Both the position numbers and the translations under genes were made by a program. DNA of 50,914 nucleotides from a virus (lineage: Duplodnaviria > Caudoviricetes). The notes under the pieces were generated by a model. The model was not told the origin of the DNA. It worked only from the letters and a program-made list of their open reading frames with translations, and ran no database searches. Every line of letters starts with the position of its first letter. The first letter of the stretch is position 1. This document shows, in pieces, positions 17,387 to 27,847 of this stretch. Location of the stretch: positions 1-50,914 of IMG/VR virus record IMGVR_UViG_3300047560_001018, one strand, 5' to 3'.

Positions 17387-17746
17387 TTACGCTCCCACCG
17401 TGATCCAGTTTAGATACAGATTCTCGGCAGTGCTGCCAGCGACACGATATACAACTGCGCTAAAGCCAGTCGTAGTAACGCTGTGGATCGTAGTTACATA
17501 TGGACTTGACACTGAAGTTCCCTCAACTGATGCATTGATCAGCGGGATTGAAGTGTATGGAGTGTCAAAGGTGACCGCCACGGCCACAGTTCCAGCAGCT
17601 GCAGCTGGTCCAGTAAATGCCTTACGACCCGACATTGCTAGGCGATCGCTTACCGAAGATGCGAGTAGCGCAAAGTGTGTCTCGAGCGGTGCAATCGAGT
17701 CAGTAGAAGTGGGGTGATAGATCCCCCGGTTAGTGGTAGTTGCCAT
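17387..17746 (-). CDS. minor tail protein (H-type lectin-like C-terminus)
   Basis: VTFDTPY..P...SVTTTGF...NWITVG. Confidence 0.65.
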   Translation of the reverse strand: MATTTNRGIYHPTSTDSIAPLETHFALLASSVSDRLAMSGRKAFTGPAAAAGTVAVAVTFDTPYTSIPLINASVEGTSVSSPYVTTIHSVTTTGFSAVVYRVAGSTAENLYLNWITVGA

Positions 17747-17773
17747 GTTAAACCTCTTTACTATTGTATCTGG

Positions 17774-18487
17774 TTATGACCAAGTTGCTGATAGATTGAT
17801 CGTCGCATCCAGCGTTGCATACTCACTAGGGAGAGCACTTGAATTAACATACAAATATAGTGTCTTTGAGCCGCCAGTAGTGTAGCTCTTAGTGTATGAC
17901 TGCGAGTAACTATTGGTCTTTGGATAGCTGCCAGATCCAGTAGGCATAGCCCATGACGTGCTGCTATTTGCGGTAACACCATCAGTCAAGTAGAATGCAC
18001 CAGATGCTGCCTGTGCGGTAACTTCGGCTGTAGCGTGGAAGATAACGCTAGCAGAGATATCTGCATTGGTATACGATCCCGGATTGCTAACAGTCACAGC
18101 AAGAACCTGAGTGCTTCCAAACGATCCAGAAGGGCCACCAATACTCCATGAGCCGCTATTGCTAGTAGTTGGTGGAGCTGGTTCCTGCAGAATTCCAAGG
18201 ATATACTGAATCTGCGTAATTGCCTCGTTCGCCAGGACTAGGCTAGCCTGTGCGTCAGCAGCCGCACTAGCAGCCGAGTTTGCGGTAATGACAGCTTGAC
18301 CAGCTAGTTCTGAGATAGAGGTTACTTGAGCCGCTAGGCGTTGCTGTGCAGCATTCAATTGCTCATCGCGAGCTTTATTATTTACCTCATTGCTAGTAAC
18401 CTTAGACTGCAAAGCCTCTAGATCACGCTGGATTGCCTTGCCCCATGGCTGTGATGCAGTTGGAAGATTGTTATTTGGGTATACCAT
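17774..18487 (-). CDS. minor tail protein (coiled coil plus beta-rich C-terminus)
   Basis: Position in tail module and composition. Confidence 0.7.
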   Translation of the reverse strand: MVYPNNNLPTASQPWGKAIQRDLEALQSKVTSNEVNNKARDEQLNAAQQRLAAQVTSISELAGQAVITANSAASAAADAQASLVLANEAITQIQYILGILQEPAPPTTSNSGSWSIGGPSGSFGSTQVLAVTVSNPGSYTNADISASVIFHATAEVTAQAASGAFYLTDGVTANSSTSWAMPTGSGSYPKTNSYSQSYTKSYTTGGSKTLYLYVNSSALPSEYATLDATINLSATWS

Positions 18488-18488
18488 G

Positions 18489-20069
18489 TTAGCCCTTCAT
18501 CAATGGTACTACTGTGAATTCATTAAACTGCAATGCCTGTGGCACGTTCGGAGCATCTGGCTCTCCAGCTAGGCTAGTGAACAAAGCAAAGTCACCAGTA
18601 TTCACGGCGTTAAAGTTGCCAAATGTTGCACAAGGGGTGGCAGTCATGGATACTTCAGCTGGCCCGTAATTTGCCGATACGATTCGATAGCGGTTAAAGT
18701 CACGCTCAATTACCGAGCCGATCGCCTGACCAAATGGAATGTCGCCCGGAGCTGTGATATTCATCTCGATCAGCGGACCACATGCCTTCTGTGCAGATAG
18801 CGCAGCCTTGCTCCAAAAGCTATCCTCAGACATAATGAATGGAGAGGTTACTCCAGTACTTGAATCTTTTGAGTCAAAGCTACCGGAGCCAGTTGGGATA
18901 GTTCGCTGTTCGGTGTAATAGAATACGCCAGTACCAACGATCCAAAGCGCAGGATAGTCTGCATCACCTGAAGACTCGACACCAATTGAATATGGGGCAA
19001 GACCATTGCCACCAGACTCGCGCTCAAGTTCGCTAAGCGGTGGTGCAGTTACGGTAAGCTCAAGCTCGCCAGGGTTCTCAGTCAGAGTCACGCTAAGCGA
19101 TCCACCGAGGCCAATCCATTGTGCTGGCTTGATCGGCAGGTTATCGCTACCAACGATCACATACTCGCCAGTAGAGCCAGCATATGGTGCGGGCGGAGTA
19201 CGAGTGATAGTGCTAACACATACCGGTTGTTGCACACTAGTGAGTGTGGCATTTACTTGGAAACGCTTGGTTACAGTGGCCCCAGCTTCAACCTGCATCG
19301 AGTCAGTGATGCTGGCCAGGAAACGTTCCTTAACTGGAGTAGTTGGGTCATAGCTTGAGGCCTCATATACCGGCTGGTCAACACCATACCATGAGTGCGT
19401 AATTGGCACAGAGATAGTCTGAGCGGCATCAAATGAATCGATCGACAAAGTGTAATCAGACATGCGGTTGTCTAGCTTAGAGGTGGAGCCATCAATAGCT
19501 TTGCGGAAGTACATTCCCTCGAAGTTAGCAATCACTTCAATGCTGTATCCATTAACCGTGATGGATGAGCATAGCAGCTTCATCTGATCCCACAGGTTGC
19601 CAGTCCACGCTGGGATATTAACTACTAGACTCTCTACATCAGACAAGATGTAGCCATCTACCACGGCTGATACGTTAGCAAGATCGCAATACTGATTAAT
19701 AGCATCAATCAGGTGACCATGCACAGGTGGTGCGCTTACCACTTTGTTTAGACGGCCCATAGCGGTGTCAGCAGTGATCGATACATTGCCTCCGGCGATC
19801 GATACCTTGTTAACGGTTGCACTGAGTGAGCCGTTAAGCTGATCAGTTACAGTTACTTCATTATTAATCAGGAGGCGGCTATCCATAAATCGGTTAGTAG
19901 TAGAGTTCTTAAACTCGTCAACTAATCCAGCGGTCATGGTAAGCTGCGAGATTCCGCCAGAACTATCAGATGGCTCTAGCGGTGGAACGCTCTCTGAGTA
20001 GGAAAACTCACTAAGCGAATCAGGCTGGATTGATCCCGATCCGCTATTGAATGTGATCTTATAAGTCAT
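18489..20069 (-). CDS. minor tail (hub/Tal-like) protein
   Basis: Second gene after tape measure, 526 aa. Confidence 0.7.
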   Translation of the reverse strand: MTYKITFNSGSGSIQPDSLSEFSYSESVPPLEPSDSSGGISQLTMTAGLVDEFKNSTTNRFMDSRLLINNEVTVTDQLNGSLSATVNKVSIAGGNVSITADTAMGRLNKVVSAPPVHGHLIDAINQYCDLANVSAVVDGYILSDVESLVVNIPAWTGNLWDQMKLLCSSITVNGYSIEVIANFEGMYFRKAIDGSTSKLDNRMSDYTLSIDSFDAAQTISVPITHSWYGVDQPVYEASSYDPTTPVKERFLASITDSMQVEAGATVTKRFQVNATLTSVQQPVCVSTITRTPPAPYAGSTGEYVIVGSDNLPIKPAQWIGLGGSLSVTLTENPGELELTVTAPPLSELERESGGNGLAPYSIGVESSGDADYPALWIVGTGVFYYTEQRTIPTGSGSFDSKDSSTGVTSPFIMSEDSFWSKAALSAQKACGPLIEMNITAPGDIPFGQAIGSVIERDFNRYRIVSANYGPAEVSMTATPCATFGNFNAVNTGDFALFTSLAGEPDAPNVPQALQFNEFTVVPLMKG

Positions 20070-20939
20070 TTATACCTCTACCCAGACTGCTGCCATTCCA
20101 ATCTGACCGTCATTAATCTCCGAAGAGTAGTAGTCAATGTCGGGAGCGCTTAGGAATTCTAGTCCACTAGTTCCCTTACCAACGATAAAGCCGCCGGTTT
20201 CTGGAACCTGATCTTCAGGGAGAACCTGTGCGATCATTGCGGTAATATCAACATCTGCAAACTCATCAAGTGCAAGGAAGATCTCGACGTAGGAGTAGGT
20301 ATTTCCATTTACGGAAACATTGGTACGTCGAGTTCCTCCTGCATTTAGCCTAGTCGGGTTAATCGCAGTTGCAGCTTCTCCAGTTGAGCGGAGATGTGGC
20401 ACAATACGGATACCTAGGCTGCCACTAGTAGCTGGGCCATGCCAGCCGAAGTGAAGCTTGTATCCTTCAGGGATGATTACAATCTGTCGCTTCTGCGACT
20501 CGTAAAGATCAGTGGTGATTGAAAACTTGGCATAGCTTGAAGGATAGTCGTTAGCAACAGTTGCGCTGTGATAAGTCACAGTGACGTCATCATCCAGCTG
20601 CGGCCAGTCCTTATCGCCAAGCATCGGTGCAGACCAGTGCTCTGGTAGGACATTCTGGTTAAGCGAGAATGGGTCAAGGAAATAGAATGGGCCATCGCCA
20701 TAGATACCAGTAGCGAAGTTGCGGATCTTCTGCAGCGAAGCATCATCAGCACTATTCATTGAGCCACGCCAGCTGGGTTCAAACCTGCGGTGAGAAGCCC
20801 CTGAGCGGCGCACAGAGGCCCTTCCATTGAGGAGCTGGGTCTCTGCTGACCAACTGACGCTTGAGGCCTTCATGCCCGAAGCAGGGGCTTTAATCCATGC
20901 TTGCGTATCCTTATTGCCAAAGTAGATAGTGCCTGCCAT
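20070..20939 (-). CDS. minor tail (distal-tail-like) protein
   Basis: First gene after tape measure. Confidence 0.7.
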   Translation of the reverse strand: MAGTIYFGNKDTQAWIKAPASGMKASSVSWSAETQLLNGRASVRRSGASHRRFEPSWRGSMNSADDASLQKIRNFATGIYGDGPFYFLDPFSLNQNVLPEHWSAPMLGDKDWPQLDDDVTVTYHSATVANDYPSSYAKFSITTDLYESQKRQIVIIPEGYKLHFGWHGPATSGSLGIRIVPHLRSTGEAATAINPTRLNAGGTRRTNVSVNGNTYSYVEIFLALDEFADVDITAMIAQVLPEDQVPETGGFIVGKGTSGLEFLSAPDIDYYSSEINDGQIGMAAVWVEV

Positions 20940-23900
20940 TACTTCATGCCCCTTCGTGCGAGCACAATGTTGCCTTCATTAGCCGATTGTGCAATCTTTG
21001 TGGTCTCAGTGTAAAGGTTCACTGGACGGTCAATGGCAGCTCGCAAAAGCGCCCGATCTTCTGGACTCAAGTATACCATGGTCGAGCCGGATCCGGCTGC
21101 TGTTGAGCCGCCTTGGTAGCTTGGTCGAGCCAATTGCATCTGGTTAAGGGCATTCATGAAGTCTGCGCCATAGGTTCGCACAGCTGCAGCCTTCATGACA
21201 AATTCACCATTGCTCAGTCGAGCGTTAATCGAGTCGCTAGTTCCAGTTCCCGGACCGCTTACATAGCCACCAGTCGCATAGCCATAGCCATAGGTTGCAT
21301 AGTAGCTCTTGATTGAGTCATACAGCATCTTAACGTTAGCATCATGCCCAGCCTTCTGCTGCTTTTTCTGCGCTGGAGTATATGACAGCCACTTGGCCAT
21401 CTCGTTGTTCAGTGCAGTTTCACGGGCAGTAAGAGTAGTCTGGGCTGCCGAACTTGGAATTGGTCGTCCACTGCGGCTGATCTTAATAGTGTTATCAGAG
21501 ATTGCTACCCAGTTAGGGTCTAGCTCAGGAGTGCTTGGATCATCACGGAGCATCGACTTGCGAGCATATAGAGACGGCGACAAGATCATTCCATTACCGA
21601 GATCAATTGATCCAGTATTATTCGGAGTTGCCGTCGATGGCATTCCTCCATTTGGAGTAATCGGAGCTCCACTAGTGCTAGTTCCTCCACTGAATACAGT
21701 AGTAGCCTTTGCTCCAGTTTGTGGCGCACCGCCAGCAACTGGTGTAACAGTAGGAGTAATGTTAGTCTTAATGGTTGCTAGTGTAGCATTTGCCTTTACA
21801 GCAAAGCTCTTCAGAGCCTGAATGATAGCTGAATCGCCGGTCAACTTCAAGGTAATGTTAGTTGGAATTTCCTTGATTGCAGTAACAAAGTCACTGCTGA
21901 TCGAATCTGCATATTCCTTGATATCACTTGGTAGGAAGCCAAGAGCCTTTGCCTGCGATTCAAACTCACCACGAAGCTTCTCAGCTTCATTCTTGAGTTT
22001 AGTCTGGTCAGTAGTAGTCTTAGCTAGGGTTACCAAGTAAGCCTGATACTTTCCAACCATATCAAGTAGCGCACCGCGATTGCGGATTGCGGCGTCAGAG
22101 TTGTCGGTCAGCGATGTACTTTGCTTGGCTTGTGCATCAGCCAGATCCTTGGTTGCTTTTGCAGCATCCGAGTTAGCCTTACTAATCTGCGCCTGCAGGG
22201 CATTTGCACGAAGGGTGTCGCCATACTTGATTGCAATCCCAAGCTGATAACTGAGCACATCTTTATTGGCATTGATCTCGTCAAGCGACTGCTTAGCTGA
22301 GTCAACTGCATCAGCTGCATCGCGAGCAGCGTCCGCCATACTACGCCAGCCACTAGTGATTGCATCCTGTGCGGTGCCACTGCGGAAGCGGATATCAAGT
22401 GCATCCTTAATCACACCGGCAACTTCATCAGCCCAGTCATTGATAGTACGAGCTTGATCTTGAGTTGATCCGGTAAGCCCAGCAGCTAGCTGCTTGAAGT
22501 AAGTAGTTACATCCTTAGCAGAAACTTTAGCCTTCTTGCCAGTCGCAGAGATTGCCTTATCAATCATGATGTATGCTGAGCGTGAAGTAACGCCAACCTG
22601 CCAGAGGGCCTTACGAAGAGCACCTAGCTGGTTTGCAGCATTTTGTGGATTCTCATTTGCATTAGTTACAATCTGCTCGATCGAAGAGTTAAGCGAGTCA
22701 AATGCAGCTGAACCTTCATTGGTCATGGTGCTGAAACTCTTGCCAATGCCTGTGATTGAGCTGCCAAGATCGCGAAGCGCTGCATACATAGACGACGCAT
22801 TGTTCATACTCTTGAGCGCCTGTTGCACAACCTCAAGGAGGGTCTTGACGTCAGCCGCTGCTCCGCGAGCCGCTGCTCCAGTATCTTTCATGCCAGCAGT
22901 GATCTGCTCGAATGGCACCTTTAGCGATGAAGCATTGACACCCTGAAGCGCACCATTGATAATGCCATTAAGCATGTCAATTGCACCCTGAGTAGCAATA
23001 CCAGTCTTCTGGATAAATGCCAAATACTGGATCAGGTACGCCTTGAGGTTAGAGGTATTGTCACCATACATGGCGACAGCTGCAGAGATAACTCCACTAA
23101 CAGTGTCTTCATAGTCGCGAACGGCTTGTGAGTTTACTCCAAACTGTCCGGCTACATCCTTAGCTGCACGACCAGTCGAGTAAAGTGCGTTATCCAGCTT
23201 GCGTGAGTTCGTTGCGCCAACAGTATAAGCATCAAACAGATCTTGCAGCTCTGATTTTAGGGTGGATGCTTCCTTGCTAGCATCCTTCATTGCCTGCTGG
23301 GCTCCATTAAGTCCACCATTGGCAGCACTAGTGGCAGCATCATCAACACTCATGAAGCCTTCAGCGATTGCAAGGATTGCATATAGCGCAATTCCAATAA
23401 GGCTGCTAGCGATTACCGTTTTGAATGCCTTGGTAGCTACAGTAGCTGCCTTAATTCCGGTAGATGCAACCTCGCCACCAACGCCAACGGCAGCAAGTGC
23501 TGCTGCCTCCTTTTCGGCAGCAATCTTAGCAGCTTGCGCTGACACAATTGTGTCGATCTGCGTTTTATTAAAGCCAAGCATAGTCGCAATGATACGCATC
23601 AAAGTGCCATTGAATGAAACACCAGCCTGTGCCGCATTGGCAAATGCAGTACGCATCGCTAGCATCGATCCAGCTCCAACAAGCAGCATCGATCCAAGCA
23701 CACCGATAGCACCAATAATTGCAGCCAACGATACAGCGATAGCCGTCATTGCGGACCCAAAGCCATTGGAGCTAAATTTCTGCAATCCAATTAGTAGCGC
23801 ATTAATGACATCAAGAAGTCCACCAAGAATATTTTTCATTGGCGAATTATCGGTGCCAACAGCCATGAGTGCTTCAAAGCTATTCTTAATCTTGGTCAAC

Positions 23901-25441
23901 TTTGAATTAATATCATCTGCGATAACGCCATACGCTTTATCAAGGAAGGTTCCCTCAAGACCGTTCTGGCGAGCAATATCAATTTGCTGCTGTAGTCCAG
24001 CAAAGCCACCGGCAAGCGCAGTAATGCCCTTGCTAGTGCGAACGCCATCAAGGCCAATCTTCTTAAGGATGTTCTGAACGTCATAGCCCTTGCCTAGACC
24101 AGCAATGAATTCCTCAAAAGCGTAGGTGGCACCATTCATGGCAATTTTGCTAGCATTAGCACCTTCGCCAATAGTACGGAAGTAATTCTGCGAAGACTTG
24201 TCTTTCCAAGCCGCAGCAAATTCTTTTTGCGACATACCAGCAACTTCAGCAAATACGCGAAGTCGCTCACTGCCAGAGTCAAGACCCTTGTATAGTGAAT
24301 TGGCTGCCTTGTTAATCTCGCTAAAGAGCTGCACAGTAACGCCACGAGCTTCTTCTGGGGCGATTGCAAGCGAAGCCAGTGCGCTAGAAAGGGCGATGGT
24401 ATCAGTAGCGCTAATACCAGCAGCGGTAGAGATTGCACCAATTTGCTTTGCGGTAGCAATGATCTGTGATTCAGTGGCTGCTGCGTTGTAACCAACTGCA
24501 ACAATTGCAGAACCAAGGTACTTCATAGCGTCACCGCTGATCTTGCCCTGTGCGTCTACAAGCCCAAGAACATTAGCTATCTTACCAAAGCCCATAGCTG
24601 ATTCCTCAGCCGACATCCCAGACAGCGTTGAGAATTTAGCTACCGTATCGGTAAAGCCAATCAGTTGATCCTGTGCAACGTTAAGCTGCGAACCAAGCAT
24701 AGCAATGTTTGATACATCAGCGAAGGCAACTGGGATAGTCTGCGATAGCTTAATTAGGCCATCTTTAAGTTTTTGCACACCATTGGCATCTACGCCCTCA
24801 AGAGTCTTTTCAACCTGAGTGAATGCGCTCTCCTGCTTTGCGCCAGCCATAACCATTGCGGTGGCAAACTGTAGGAAGTTAGTTCCAACATTGCGTGATA
24901 CAGCTGATAGATCGTAAAGCGCATAACGAAGGCTGATAGCGTGTTGCGAGAAGTCAACAACTTCACCATTGCCTCGGTGCATAATGTAGAATAGACGCTC
25001 AAGCTCTGTGCCAGTATTGCGAGCCTTCTCGCGAGCATCAGTAAGCTGCATATTGTAGAGCTTCTGCTCTTCAGCAGCCTTCTTAGCAATATCCTTGTCG
25101 ACACCAGCGGCGTTAAGATTGAGACCCTTGTTCAGGTTCTTACTAATAGCAGTCAGTCCACCATATATGCTTGCTCGGCGGAGTGGAGTAGCTTCTGATA
25201 GGTTCTTGACGCCGGCCTTCTTAAGGCGGTCGACCTCCTTTATTTGGCGAGTGATATCTGCGCGTACTGCCTGGACGTTCTTGTTACTATTTGCGGTAGC
25301 ACTATTTCCGATGCTCTTATAGGTGTCAGTAAGAGCCTTACGCAAATCAGTGAGGTCACCTTTAGCTTTAGTGACCCCTTTCTTTAGATCGCCTGCAGAA
25401 AATTGAAGTCGAGCTTCAAGGTTCAGGATGTTAGTAGCCAA
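20939..25441 (-). CDS. tape measure protein
   Basis: 1500 aa, Ala-rich helical; ESAFTQVEKT core; C-terminal ATGGYVSGPGTGTSDSI..LSNGEFV. Confidence 0.95.
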   Translation of the reverse strand: MATNILNLEARLQFSAGDLKKGVTKAKGDLTDLRKALTDTYKSIGNSATANSNKNVQAVRADITRQIKEVDRLKKAGVKNLSEATPLRRASIYGGLTAISKNLNKGLNLNAAGVDKDIAKKAAEEQKLYNMQLTDAREKARNTGTELERLFYIMHRGNGEVVDFSQHAISLRYALYDLSAVSRNVGTNFLQFATAMVMAGAKQESAFTQVEKTLEGVDANGVQKLKDGLIKLSQTIPVAFADVSNIAMLGSQLNVAQDQLIGFTDTVAKFSTLSGMSAEESAMGFGKIANVLGLVDAQGKISGDAMKYLGSAIVAVGYNAAATESQIIATAKQIGAISTAAGISATDTIALSSALASLAIAPEEARGVTVQLFSEINKAANSLYKGLDSGSERLRVFAEVAGMSQKEFAAAWKDKSSQNYFRTIGEGANASKIAMNGATYAFEEFIAGLGKGYDVQNILKKIGLDGVRTSKGITALAGGFAGLQQQIDIARQNGLEGTFLDKAYGVIADDINSKLTKIKNSFEALMAVGTDNSPMKNILGGLLDVINALLIGLQKFSSNGFGSAMTAIAVSLAAIIGAIGVLGSMLLVGAGSMLAMRTAFANAAQAGVSFNGTLMRIIATMLGFNKTQIDTIVSAQAAKIAAEKEAAALAAVGVGGEVASTGIKAATVATKAFKTVIASSLIGIALYAILAIAEGFMSVDDAATSAANGGLNGAQQAMKDASKEASTLKSELQDLFDAYTVGATNSRKLDNALYSTGRAAKDVAGQFGVNSQAVRDYEDTVSGVISAAVAMYGDNTSNLKAYLIQYLAFIQKTGIATQGAIDMLNGIINGALQGVNASSLKVPFEQITAGMKDTGAAARGAAADVKTLLEVVQQALKSMNNASSMYAALRDLGSSITGIGKSFSTMTNEGSAAFDSLNSSIEQIVTNANENPQNAANQLGALRKALWQVGVTSRSAYIMIDKAISATGKKAKVSAKDVTTYFKQLAAGLTGSTQDQARTINDWADEVAGVIKDALDIRFRSGTAQDAITSGWRSMADAARDAADAVDSAKQSLDEINANKDVLSYQLGIAIKYGDTLRANALQAQISKANSDAAKATKDLADAQAKQSTSLTDNSDAAIRNRGALLDMVGKYQAYLVTLAKTTTDQTKLKNEAEKLRGEFESQAKALGFLPSDIKEYADSISSDFVTAIKEIPTNITLKLTGDSAIIQALKSFAVKANATLATIKTNITPTVTPVAGGAPQTGAKATTVFSGGTSTSGAPITPNGGMPSTATPNNTGSIDLGNGMILSPSLYARKSMLRDDPSTPELDPNWVAISDNTIKISRSGRPIPSSAAQTTLTARETALNNEMAKWLSYTPAQKKQQKAGHDANVKMLYDSIKSYYATYGYGYATGGYVSGPGTGTSDSINARLSNGEFVMKAAAVRTYGADFMNALNQMQLARPSYQGGSTAAGSGSTMVYLSPEDRALLRAAIDRPVNLYTETTKIAQSANEGNIVLARRGMK

Positions 25442-25471
25442 AGCAAACCGCCGTATCGTAGAAACTTTATA

Positions 25472-25888
25472 CTATTCTATCTTATCGGATAGGCCCTCGT
25501 AGAATGACATGCGTGTTGGCATATCGCTTCCGTCGTATGTGTATGCAACGATATAAGGAGCTTCGCCAGGGCCAAGTTCCTTCTTGCGCTTCTTGTTTGA
25601 TTCACTCCAGCGATCTAGTTCAGCCTTAGCAAAGCAAGTTGAAACCTTAATTTTAAACCCAACATTGGATGCGTCTTCATTGCGACAGATCCAGATCGGG
25701 TTACCGCAGTCTGAACAGGTTTCATCTTCCAAGATCTGCATTGCCTCTACCAGTAGGAAGTCAAATTCATTCCATGGATCAGTCGGCTGCTCGTGAAACA
25801 GCATTGAGACCGGACGAATGCCGGCCTTCAATGCTGCACGAATTTTAGTTATGTAGGCGCGGTTATATTCCCAAGTTAGGACTTCGGT
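25472..25888 (-). CDS. tail assembly chaperone, -1 frameshift extension (gpGT-like)
   Basis: Open -1 frame (FTEVLTWEYNRAYITKIRAALKAGIRP...) from the slippery site to 25472. Confidence 0.8.
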   Translation of the reverse strand, partial: TEVLTWEYNRAYITKIRAALKAGIRPVSMLFHEQPTDPWNEFDFLLVEAMQILEDETCSDCGNPIWICRNEDASNVGFKIKVSTCFAKAELDRWSESNKKRKKELGPGEAPYIVAYTYDGSDMPTRMSFYEGLSDKIE

Positions 25889-26445
25889 AAAAAACCTGCG
25901 TCAGTCAGCCCCTTGAAGTAACCGGTAGCTAGAGTTAGTCCCTGCATGGTCTGGACAATCTTGTTCCATGACTCAACTGGCATTACGTTACGAACGTTGG
26001 CGATCTCTCTGCCAGTGTACACATGCTCGTCTAGGTTACCGTCTGCATCCTCAACGCTAACGATGTTGGCTGCTACAAGTTCGCACAAGTAGCTGACCAT
26101 GATCTCTTCTTCATCGTCAATGTCTTCAAACTTTGCACGAACACGCTTCTCAATGAGCTCAGTCTCGCGCTGATCAATTCCACGCATGTGGAAGATAACC
26201 TTTGACTGCTGGATCTTCTCTACCAGCTTGTCGGCTTCTGCCTTAAGTTTGTCGGCTAGCTCTGGATCTGGCTGACCAATAAGTTCTTCATTAAGCTTGA
26301 TCAGCTCATAAGCTGTCTCTGCGTCGAGGTATACCTCAACATCATCCTTTGGGTTTGCCTTGCCCTGAATCGCATCTGCGAGGCTAAAGGTTCCCTTTTT
26401 TTGTGCGGCCTCAACGAGGCTAATTACGTTATCGATTTCATCCAT
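25876..26445 (-). CDS. tail assembly chaperone (gpG-like)
   Basis: Between major tail and tape measure genes; has a slippery site. Confidence 0.85.
   Translation of the reverse strand: MDEIDNVISLVEAAQKKGTFSLADAIQGKANPKDDVEVYLDAETAYELIKLNEELIGQPDPELADKLKAEADKLVEKIQQSKVIFHMRGIDQRETELIEKRVRAKFEDIDDEEEIMVSYLCELVAANIVSVEDADGNLDEHVYTGREIANVRNVMPVESWNKIVQTMQGLTLATGYFKGLTDAGFLPKS
25888..25894 (-). other. programmed -1 frameshift slippery heptamer T TTT TTA
   Basis: GGT TTT TTA CCG near the chaperone 3' end; frames are consistent with a -1 shift. Confidence 0.8.
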
Positions 26446-26449
26446 TTGA

Positions 26450-26527
26450 TTGCGCCTTCCGATGGAAAATCGCCCATTGAGAGTTTAAGGTCGGGAGAGG
26501 GCAACGGGCGCAAACCCTCTCCCGACC
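26450..26527 (-). promoter_or_regulatory. 13-bp hairpin/pseudoknot in the chaperone leader
   Basis: GGTCGGGAGAGGG/CCCTCTCCCGACC stem; loop is complementary to two downstream segments. Confidence 0.65.
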
Positions 26528-26536
26528 AGTCTTTTG

Positions 26537-27607
26537 TTAGGCTACAGTCTTGTTGATTGCCATCTGTCCCTGTGGCTGGAACTTGACGGTAAACTTGACC
26601 GAGTCTTCGCCTTCGGTGTTGTCGCTAGCTGCGTCAGCTACGAACTTGAAGATCGAAACTACGTCGTCAGCAGCGACTGCACCTGCACCTGCGCCAATAC
26701 GCGATACAAGGAAGCCCTCTGGGCGAACGTCAGTTGCAGCCTTGAAAGTATCGAATGCGTTTGCATAAGCAGTACCCGACTCCGAGGTGATGCCACGGAA
26801 GAAGGTAAGCGAGCCAGTGAACTGAGCAAAGCCACGGTTCTGTGCGTTCGATGCGTCAGCAATACCCTTGTCGTCAACCTTGTTCGACTCAGCTGCACCG
26901 AGCTCGTAGCCATCCCATGCAATTGCATCGGTAAGGTTAACGCCACCAGTAATGTCAGCCTCAGCTGGGCCGGCAAGGAATGCAGCCTCATCAGTGATAT
27001 CAGCCTTTGGAACCCAGTAAACAGCGAGATTGCCATTTGACTGAATCTTAGTACCAACAGTTGCCTTGGTGAGTGGGCCTGCACCAGCAGTACCAGCTGC
27101 TACTGCAACGTTAACTGCAACCTGACCAGTAGTGAGGAAGCGAGCACCAGTCATGATCATTGCGCCATCGGCAACAATGTCAATTGGGTAGTCGGTGGTT
27201 ACGCCGTAAACGCTAACAAGGTCACCAGCAGCGAAGGCCGCATCGTGCGACTTGCCGATACGCTTGATCAGGAAGTACTTGGTACCAACAGTAGCTGCTG
27301 CAAACTTGCTGTAGAACAGGTTGTAAGCTGAGTCAGCTGCTGGGTTAGCGTCACGGAAGCCGTCAAGCGAGGCCTCGTAGTTGTACATGGTTGGGGTCGA
27401 AACCGAAGCGTTGTCAACAATCGCAAGCGAGTTGTCAACGTCCGAGTCGGTCATGTTCAGGGTGTAAGCATCGGTTACAGCCTGTGAAATGTTAAAGACC
27501 TTGGTGGCATTGGTAATCTCAGTGAGAGTCGGAGCTGCCCAGTTTGCAAAAGCGTCTGCAGCAGCAACGTAGATACCAACATTAGGTCGAAGCAGCTTAG
27601 TTGCCAT
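26537..27607 (-). CDS. major tail tube protein (tandem duplicated domain)
   Basis: Synteny; two similar halves of about 170 aa. Confidence 0.85.
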   Translation of the reverse strand: MATKLLRPNVGIYVAAADAFANWAAPTLTEITNATKVFNISQAVTDAYTLNMTDSDVDNSLAIVDNASVSTPTMYNYEASLDGFRDANPAADSAYNLFYSKFAAATVGTKYFLIKRIGKSHDAAFAAGDLVSVYGVTTDYPIDIVADGAMIMTGARFLTTGQVAVNVAVAAGTAGAGPLTKATVGTKIQSNGNLAVYWVPKADITDEAAFLAGPAEADITGGVNLTDAIAWDGYELGAAESNKVDDKGIADASNAQNRGFAQFTGSLTFFRGITSESGTAYANAFDTFKAATDVRPEGFLVSRIGAGAGAVAADDVVSIFKFVADAASDNTEGEDSVKFTVKFQPQGQMAINKTVA

Positions 27608-27821
27608 CTTCTAGTTCCTCATTTTCGTTGATGATTGGTTCTGGTTCAGCTACTACTAGCTCAACCTCCGGAGCTGGCTGCTCCTTTTTCTTTTCTTTCT
27701 TTGGTGCAGCCGGAGCCTCAGTGCCAACAGCAACGAGGTTCTTGCCCAAAACTGGGTGTCCCAGATAGTGCGCTGGAACGGTGACCGTTTCACCGGTCTT
27801 GGTATTCTTAGCGAGAGCCAT
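27597..27821 (-). CDS. hypothetical virion-module protein
   Basis: GGAAGGA RBS; TGE...VP.HYL.HP motif. Confidence 0.7.
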   Translation of the reverse strand: MALAKNTKTGETVTVPAHYLGHPVLGKNLVAVGTEAPAAPKKEKKKEQPAPEVELVVAEPEPIINENEELEDGN

Positions 27822-27847
27822 CAGAATCCTTCCATTTACCTTCTATT

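Noticed and set aside
21113-25322. Long plus-strand ORFs opposite the tape measure gene (likewise opposite capsid, RNR and collagen genes)
   Set aside because: Shadow ORFs caused by codon bias; no RBS or recognisable motifs.
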